A stretch of 63,928 nt of DNA, filler included, from Thraustochytrium aureum (lineage: Eukaryota): assembly GCA_012862495.1 (NCBI GenBank). It is 3 parts of 3 records of this genome, joined end to end, with 100 filler letters (N's around TTAATTAATTAA, not from the genome) between each part and the next. Parts side by side here need not be neighbours in the genome. Positions count along the whole stretch, not along the records: positions 57,127 to 63,928 come from BLSG01000429.1; 2 more parts are not named here. One strand, given 5' to 3'. The notes below the pieces were generated by a model, which had not been told where the DNA came from, did not search any database, and saw nothing but the letters and a program-made list of their open reading frames with translations. This document shows positions 58,190 to 63,928 of the stretch, in pieces; positions within the stretch are counted from its first letter, which is position 1; the number at the start of each line of letters is the position of its first letter. Both the position numbers and the translations under genes were made by a program.

Positions 58190-59356
58190 TCAGTGTACCC
58201 GTCTTGTTTTGATTTTTTTGATGCCAAACAAGGTGGGTTGTGACGGAAACAACGGTTTTGCACCCTTTGACACAGAGCCAATTGCTTTGCGAGCTATACG
58301 AGGCACGAGTGTATTGCTGATATCTCTTGTCGAAATGCTCGTAACGCGTTCTATGGTGCTGTCTGCACCGTGCACAAGACCTTGAAAGAGGGCTGATGCG
58401 GTATCATATTCATCATAGACGACTTGGCCATGCAATGCATTGTCCCACATTTTACCGAGCGCATGGGGCTGATCGCCCGTAATCACCACCACATTTCGAT
58501 CTGGTATGAGGAAAGCAAATGTAAAAATCCCTGTGCCGACTAAGGCCCGTTTTAGTGTATACCCCCATCCATGATTCGGGGATATGTTCTTCTTCACTTT
58601 TTTAATCTCCTCATTGCGCTTTTGCATCGCGGCGCTTAGCTTATGTTCTTCACCTTGCACATCCCCTTCGTTCTTACTAACCAGCCCCAAAGTCGCGGGT
58701 AACGTCCTCATTTTTGCCATTGGAACTTGGTACAATTGCCTCCATCGCGACGAACTCGGCTGTTCCGAGGCACTGCTTGCAGCGGTAGATGCACCGGCAT
58801 TCGCCGCATCACTCGAGTCACCCTGTTTCGCATTCGACACGACCGTCACAGACGGAGCTTTCGCACTGGGCTCTTCCGCAGACACAACATCGATTAGCGC
58901 GGAAGCAAACAGCGACCCCGCGCGCCACCTTAGGAAAACAGTGGCGCCGACGCCGATCGCAGCCAGCGCCCCTAGCACAATGAGAAAGTACCACACGCCA
59001 GCGTCCATGGTCGCAACGTCTCCGCTTTTCGGCGTTGCTCCGCCGCTCGTACCACCTGCACTGGTCCCGTTCCCAGCGCCTGCACCAGTTGAACTCCCCG
59101 CGGGCTTTGGCGGCGGCAGCGTTGCGCGGTACAGCTCAACCATTAGAATTGCAAGCGCGACCACTGCGCCGATAGTCACCACGATCACACCCGTTGTCTC
59201 TAACCACCACCCCAATTTGCTGCGCAACCCCAGCTTCGGCAAGAGGCGCGGGTCTTCCCCTTGCGCGTCACTGCGCGGACCTATTCTGCGCGGCATCACG
59301 ACGCGTTGCGCGCCCGGCGCTAGGTGGTCGCTGCCACTCGTGTCCACCTGCGTCAT
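58190..59356 (-). CDS. Orphan membrane protein (2-3 TM helices, low-complexity linkers)
   Basis: 388-aa ORF with TGVIVVTIGAVVALAILMV and VWYFLIVLGALAAIGVGATVFL. Confidence 0.7.
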   Translation of the reverse strand: MTQVDTSGSDHLAPGAQRVVMPRRIGPRSDAQGEDPRLLPKLGLRSKLGWWLETTGVIVVTIGAVVALAILMVELYRATLPPPKPAGSSTGAGAGNGTSAGGTSGGATPKSGDVATMDAGVWYFLIVLGALAAIGVGATVFLRWRAGSLFASALIDVVSAEEPSAKAPSVTVVSNAKQGDSSDAANAGASTAASSASEQPSSSRWRQLYQVPMAKMRTLPATLGLVSKNEGDVQGEEHKLSAAMQKRNEEIKKVKKNISPNHGWGYTLKRALVGTGIFTFAFLIPDRNVVVITGDQPHALGKMWDNALHGQVVYDEYDTASALFQGLVHGADSTIERVTSISTRDISNTLVPRIARKAIGSVSKGAKPLFPSQPTLFGIKKIKTRRVH

Positions 59357-59377
59357 TATGCCTGGTCCTGAAATGCG

Positions 59378-59701
59378 TCACACTGGCGTGCGTTGCGACT
59401 CAGTGCACGTGCGTTCCGCTGAACTCTCGCAGAAATATTTTGTGTTTGTCACGTGGTTGAGCAGGTTGGTGAGCAGGAGCGCCAGCGCCAGCGCGAGGGC
59501 GACGAACGCTGCGTCCCCTCGCAACAGCCCGTGGAGCGGACAGACCGCAGCGGTAGGTCGGGTGCGCAACAGCTCGCGCCGCCCCTGCGGCTGCGTTAGC
59601 CGGTCTTCGGCTCGCCGCGTGTCGACGCACGACTCGTTTGGAACCGACTGAGAGACAATTCTATCGTACGATTCTGGGTGGGGTTTTTCTTCACGAACCA
59701 T
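59378..59701 (-). CDS. Possible small single-TM protein
   Basis: AAFVALALALALLLTNLL helix; co-oriented and closely packed with the downstream ORFs. Confidence 0.35.
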   Translation of the reverse strand: MVREEKPHPESYDRIVSQSVPNESCVDTRRAEDRLTQPQGRRELLRTRPTAAVCPLHGLLRGDAAFVALALALALLLTNLLNHVTNTKYFCESSAERTCTESQRTPV

Positions 59702-59965
59702 CGCGTGCGGTCTGCGCCTCATGCCCAGCGGGGACGATACGCAGAGCAGGCAGCAAGTGGCACCGTCTCGTTTTGTCTTTTTGTCTCGTTCGCCTCGTTT
59801 TCAACCGGTGTATGGGGAGTGTGGCAGCTTTTTTTTTTTCAACCCCTCGGTGAGCGTCGCTGTCAGCGCTTGGCGCGAAAACTAAAACCCAGGCGATTGG
59901 ACGGGTGGGTGGCGCAGTCGCTGATAAACTCGAAACAAGCCGCTCGTTTGAACTTGGGCACCGTC

Positions 59966-60805
59966 ATGCAACGTCATGAAGAGTTCTCTGTGCAGAAGAG
60001 CGGGAATTCAACGAAGCCGATGCTTGTAACGCGCCACCCGTCTTTGCTCGCGCGCAGGTGGCCAGGTCGCGTGCTACGCGTAGCAACCTTGCAAGAGCTA
60101 CCAGGGTACGTCGCTGAGGAGATTGCGCAGCGAAACCTCGCCTCACGCATCTCGGCGACGCGCGGCCTGGCATGGGGTTTCGCGTACAAGCACAAGATCA
60201 GGACGGACGGTATCATCCCGCACGTGACCAGCGCGTCGGGCAAGCTTTACCCGTGCGAGAGCAGCGTGGTCGCCTGGGTGGAGCGCGAGGCTCGCTACGA
60301 ACAAAGTCCGTTCGACATGATCAGCGACGAAGCGTTCGAGATGCTGATGCACCGCCAGCGCAAGTACTTTGAGGAGGACTACCCCGACTGGGTGCTGGAA
60401 AACACGCTGCCGAACATAGACTCGCTCGGCCGGCCCCGGCCCCGCATCTTTCCCCGAAGCCAGCCGCGGGTGCCAGAACATAAGCTCGGGCAGCCTGGGC
60501 AGCCTGAGCAGCTTGAGCAGCCTGAGCAGTCCGAGCTTTTTGAGTGCACCGTTGCGGGGAAGAAGCGAAAAGACAGGGAGAGCGACGCTGACGATGATGC
60601 CATGAACAACGAGGATAAGGAGAACCTCCCCCCACGAAACGATGAGGTTAGACCTGTCGAACCCGTTGGTACAAACGTGCATGAAATGGGGAACCCCCGT
60701 TGCTCACCGCGTCGACAGGTTGGTTTTACAGCATCGCGCCCAGGCGGCCACCGGCGACCGTCGGCCTGGAAACGCATTCAAGCCCAGCGAGCGGCGCTTG
60801 CATAG
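59966..60805 (+). CDS. Hypothetical protein
   Basis: Long ORF with globular-looking core, QPEQLEQPEQ repeat and KKRK basic patch. Confidence 0.6.
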   Translation: MQRHEEFSVQKSGNSTKPMLVTRHPSLLARRWPGRVLRVATLQELPGYVAEEIAQRNLASRISATRGLAWGFAYKHKIRTDGIIPHVTSASGKLYPCESSVVAWVEREARYEQSPFDMISDEAFEMLMHRQRKYFEEDYPDWVLENTLPNIDSLGRPRPRIFPRSQPRVPEHKLGQPGQPEQLEQPEQSELFECTVAGKKRKDRESDADDDAMNNEDKENLPPRNDEVRPVEPVGTNVHEMGNPRCSPRRQVGFTASRPGGHRRPSAWKRIQAQRAALA

Positions 60806-61228
60806 TGTTGTTCCCCCACTTCACACCAAACAACCACCGGGTCCGCCAATGCTTTTTTCTTGCACGGGTCACTACACACATAGGCAAGACTCCGCGTCGG
60901 CGCGCGGCCCAGGGTGCCATAAACGTTGCAGCTCACCTGCGCCGCACCCACTCGTTAAGCGACAAGACAAACACGTGCGATGCTCACACGGGCTCGCGCG
61001 CGGGCCTTGCCCCATCGCGGGCTGCCGCGTGCGGAAGAAGCCAAGCGCGGGGCACGTGGTTCACGTGGCAAGCGAAGGCCCCGACCTGCTCGCGCTTCAC
61101 GTGCGCCCGCCTCGCCCGCCTCGCGCGCCTCGCCGACTTCGCAAGTAGCGTCTGTCGAGACCGACGGTCGCGCCCGCAGAACCGGTCCAGCGCAGCCCGT
61201 TCGAAGAACCGGGGTGGTCAGACAGAAC

Positions 61229-61861
61229 ATGGGGAGCACAACTGTCCGACCTCGCGGCGGGGCGCGGCGGCGCTTGCCCAAGTCCAGAGCGGCTGAGGAT
61301 GTTGACGAGGGTAGAGATGACATTGCCCTGGGTGGTGGTGACCTGGAGGAGTTCACGGTGGAGGCGCAGGTCAGCTGCGCGCGCAGCGTCCTGGACCTCA
61401 TGCGAGCCTCCGGATCCGACACGCTCCTCATGTCGCGTTTCGTGGTGCCGGTCGACGTGCACCGTGCGCTGGGCATCGGTCGCAAGCAGCACGCGCTGGA
61501 CTCGATGGCCAGCGCCGGCCTGCGGGAGGGCGAGGACTTTGTAAAGCTGCACGGCCGCACGCGAGTGCTGTTGAGCCCCGCTACGGGGCGCCGTGGCGCG
61601 AGCAGCAGGCCCGCCCCCTGCCGCGATAGTGGAGCGCCTAGCGTCCCGGGTGGCGGCACGGGGGCCGCCCGGCCGACCTCGTGCTGCTCTCTGGGAACGC
61701 GCTCGTTCAGTGGATGAACTCGGTGCATACGCCTGCCGGCAAGGTGTTCCGCGAGCTCTTCACGGACGTGCTGAGCAGCTTCTGCCGCTTGGAGAGTTCG
61801 CTGCGTGATACTGCGCTCGCCGAAGCCGCCCGTGAGCAGCAGCAGTTGCAGCAGCAGCTCC

Positions 61862-61893
<32 letters not shown>

Positions 61894-62176
61894 CGGCTTC
61901 GACAGTATCCGCGTTTTTCAGGTACATCTAGGGTAGACAGCGTGCATGGCGCACTTTTGGGCCACTTGCACACGCACGACGAACAGGTCATGCTCGCCGA
62001 GGACGCGGCGCGTGATCGCTTGCGCGCCGCTTACGCATCGAGCGACTGGGCGTCCACGCACGATCGCGTGTGCGAGGCGATCGCGCAGGAGATGTGCGGG
62101 CGCCGGGAGACGCCTGTGGCTGTGGGAGACGGGCCTTCCTTCGGTCGAGCCGACGTAGAGACCGACGACGCCGTTG
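61229..62176 (+). CDS. AntA/AntB antirepressor-like (KilA-N-related) DNA-binding protein with poly-Gln tract; frameshift near 61600-61660, 3' end in gap
   Basis: VDVHRALGIGRKQH...GLREGEDFVKL, then GRPADLVLLSGNALVQW...TPAGKVFRELF. Confidence 0.6.
61835..61891 (+). repeat. (CAG)n poly-glutamine tract
   Basis: Visible in sequence. Confidence 0.9.
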
Positions 62177-62906
62177 NNNNNNNNNNNNNNNNNNNNNNNN
62201 NNNNNNNNNNNNNNNNNNNNNNNNNNNNNNNNNNNNNNNNNNNNNNNNNNNNNNNNNNNNNNNNNNNNNNNNNNNNNNNNNNNNNNNNNNNNNNNNNNNN
62301 NNNNNNNNNNNNNNNNNNNNNNNNNNNNNNNNNNNNNNNNNNNNNNNNNNNNNNNNNNNNNNNNNNNNNNNNNNNNNNNNNNNNNNNNNNNNNNNNNNNN
62401 NNNNNNNNNNNNNNNNNNNNNNNNNNNNNNNNNNNNNNNNNNNNNNNNNNNNNNNNNNNNNNNNNNNNNNNNNNNNNNNNNNNNNNNNNNNNNNNNNNNN
62501 NNNNNNNNNNNNNNNNNNNNNNNNNNNNNNNNNNNNNNNNNNNNNNNNNNNNNNNNNNNNNNNNNNNNNNNNNNNNNNNNNNNNNNNNNNNNNNNNNNNN
62601 NNNNNNNNNNNNNNNNNNNNNNNNNNNNNNNNNNNNNNNNNNNNNNNNNNNNNNNNNNNNNNNNNNNNNNNNNNNNNNNNNNNNNNNNNNNNNNNNNNNN
62701 NNNNNNNNNNNNNNNNNNNNNNNNNNNNNNNNNNNNNNNNNNNNNNNNNNNNNNNNNNNNNNNNNNNNNNNNNNNNNNNNNNNNNNNNNNNNNNNNNNNN
62801 NNNNNNNNNNNNNNNNNNNNNNNNNNNNNNNNNNNNNNNNNNNNNNNNNNNNNNNNNNNNNNNNNNNNNNNNNNNNNNNNNNNNNNNNNNNNNNNNNNNN
62901 NNNNNN

Positions 62907-63206
62907 GCGCGTATTCGCAGCTCTCGTGCGTCTCGCAGGGCATGCGCGAGAGCGCGTTGTTGAACTCTATCGTGGAGATGGGCACAACGGTGACACCTTT
63001 TGGCACGCGCCACACAGCAAAGTCTGCGGCGGCGTGCGAGACGTCCAGCAGGACCTGCTCGGCGTGCAGGTGGTTCACGGACAGCCCAGTGTCCGCGTTG
63101 AAGCGAGCTCGATGTCCGACACGAAGTGGCGCAGCGCCGAGACCACGCCCGCGAGCGCGGCCGGGTCAGTGGTCACCACCTCAAAGTCTGTGCGCGGCTT
63201 GTTCAT
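62907..63206 (-). CDS. Divergent PCNA-like sliding clamp, N-terminal part; frameshift near 63105, remainder in gap
   Basis: Joined translation MNKPRTDFEVVTTDPAALAGVVSALRHFVSDIEL/FNADTGLSVNHLHAEQVLLDVSHAAADFAVWRVPKGVTVVPISTIEFNNALSRM follows the PCNA N-terminal pattern. Confidence 0.6.
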
Positions 63207-63341
63207 CGTGCAGGTCTGGCTCGAACGGGGTCTGTCTGCCCGTTGCAACGCAGCTTCTAGATGGTTTTTCCCCCCGTGCCTTTGCAACCTTCCTAGCCGT
63301 TTCTTGGTCGACCGAGAAAGGGAAGAAGCTGGGAACGCGTG

Positions 63342-63928
63342 CTACTTTTCCTTTTTTTTGACCCGCATGCCAAGCATGTCTCTCAAGCGCGAGTTCAAAG
63401 ACCGCACCTTGAAAATGAGGACCACCAGCACCAGTACTGCCAGTAGCCCGATTACACCAGGTAAAATAAGCTTGGCCCAGTCCCATTCAGCGGAAGCTTC
63501 GGCTGCCTCGCCCGGCGTTGCTGGAGAAGCCGCGGCGCCGCCGGCACTTGGGTCGGAACTGCCGAAGAAGGACCCCGCCCAGTCCATGAGCGACTGCGGA
63601 GAGTTTTGCTTCTGCGTGCCAGGCACGGACATCGCAGGCCCCCGGGGCCCGGTCGGTGGCGCACCCCCACCAGTCTTATAGTTGGTCTCGGGCTCTGGTC
63701 CATCGAGCAGCTCACCTCGGTGTTGCCGTTCTGCACGATGGTGTTGTAGTTGGCCCCCGACAGGTCCAGCAGCTCGATGCAGATCTGCGAGTAGCACTCA
63801 TTGTTGAGCACAACTTCGAGAATGTCCGGCGGGGGCATGCTACCGGCGTTGAGCCCCCCGCGGCAGGCGTTGAACCAGCACGCCGGCGAGTGGTGCCAGC
63901 CGAGTTCCACCAAGCGGTTGTAGGTGTC
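63342..63928 (-). CDS. Poxvirus G9/A16/J5-like virion membrane protein, C-terminal part; 5'-partial, frameshift near 63695
   Basis: PACWFNAC...ECYSQICIELLDL...EVSC cysteine pattern, then a linker, TM LILPGVIGLLAVLVLVVLIF and a basic tail. Confidence 0.5.

Larger units (their letters stand above)
57127..63928. mobile_element. Putative giant-virus-derived segment (endogenous or co-assembled)
   Basis: Divergent PCNA, G9/A16-like and AntA-like genes plus tightly packed orphan membrane ORFs; no ordinary host genes. Confidence 0.55.

Noticed and set aside
56010..63928. Fanzor being part of the virus-like element
   Set aside because: An artificial spacer at 57027-57126 separates them; linkage is unsupported

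Overview
Gappy draft assembly of a GC-rich, nearly intron-free eukaryotic genome. A stramenopile, possibly a labyrinthulomycete, is my inference from the gene content and the Ser/Thr-Pro repeat vWA proteins. Two identical 100-bp artificial spacers (N44-TTAATTAATTAA-N44 at 27564-27663 and 57027-57126) split the window into three pieces whose adjacency is not established. Segment 1 (1-27563) has an SdrD-B/vWA adhesin, TauD, GNAT, a TTC38-like gene, a LOV-GTP cyclohydrolase II fusion, EMC3, a prolyl hydroxylase, SmD3 and three paralogous secreted vWA proteins. Segment 2 (27664-57026) has LysA, a DDHD-PH-PH-PX protein, a P2X receptor, Brr2, a ROC-COR-TIR protein, an F-box/RCC1 protein, an Asp-box protein and, at its end, a truncated Fanzor1-like (TnpB-derived) nuclease. 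Segment 3 (57127-63928) looks like giant-virus DNA: a divergent PCNA, a poxvirus G9/A16-like membrane protein, an AntA-like DNA-binding protein and orphan membrane proteins. Many genes, including essential ones, carry single-base frameshifts that are most likely sequencing errors. All family calls come from motif recognition by eye; no searches were run.
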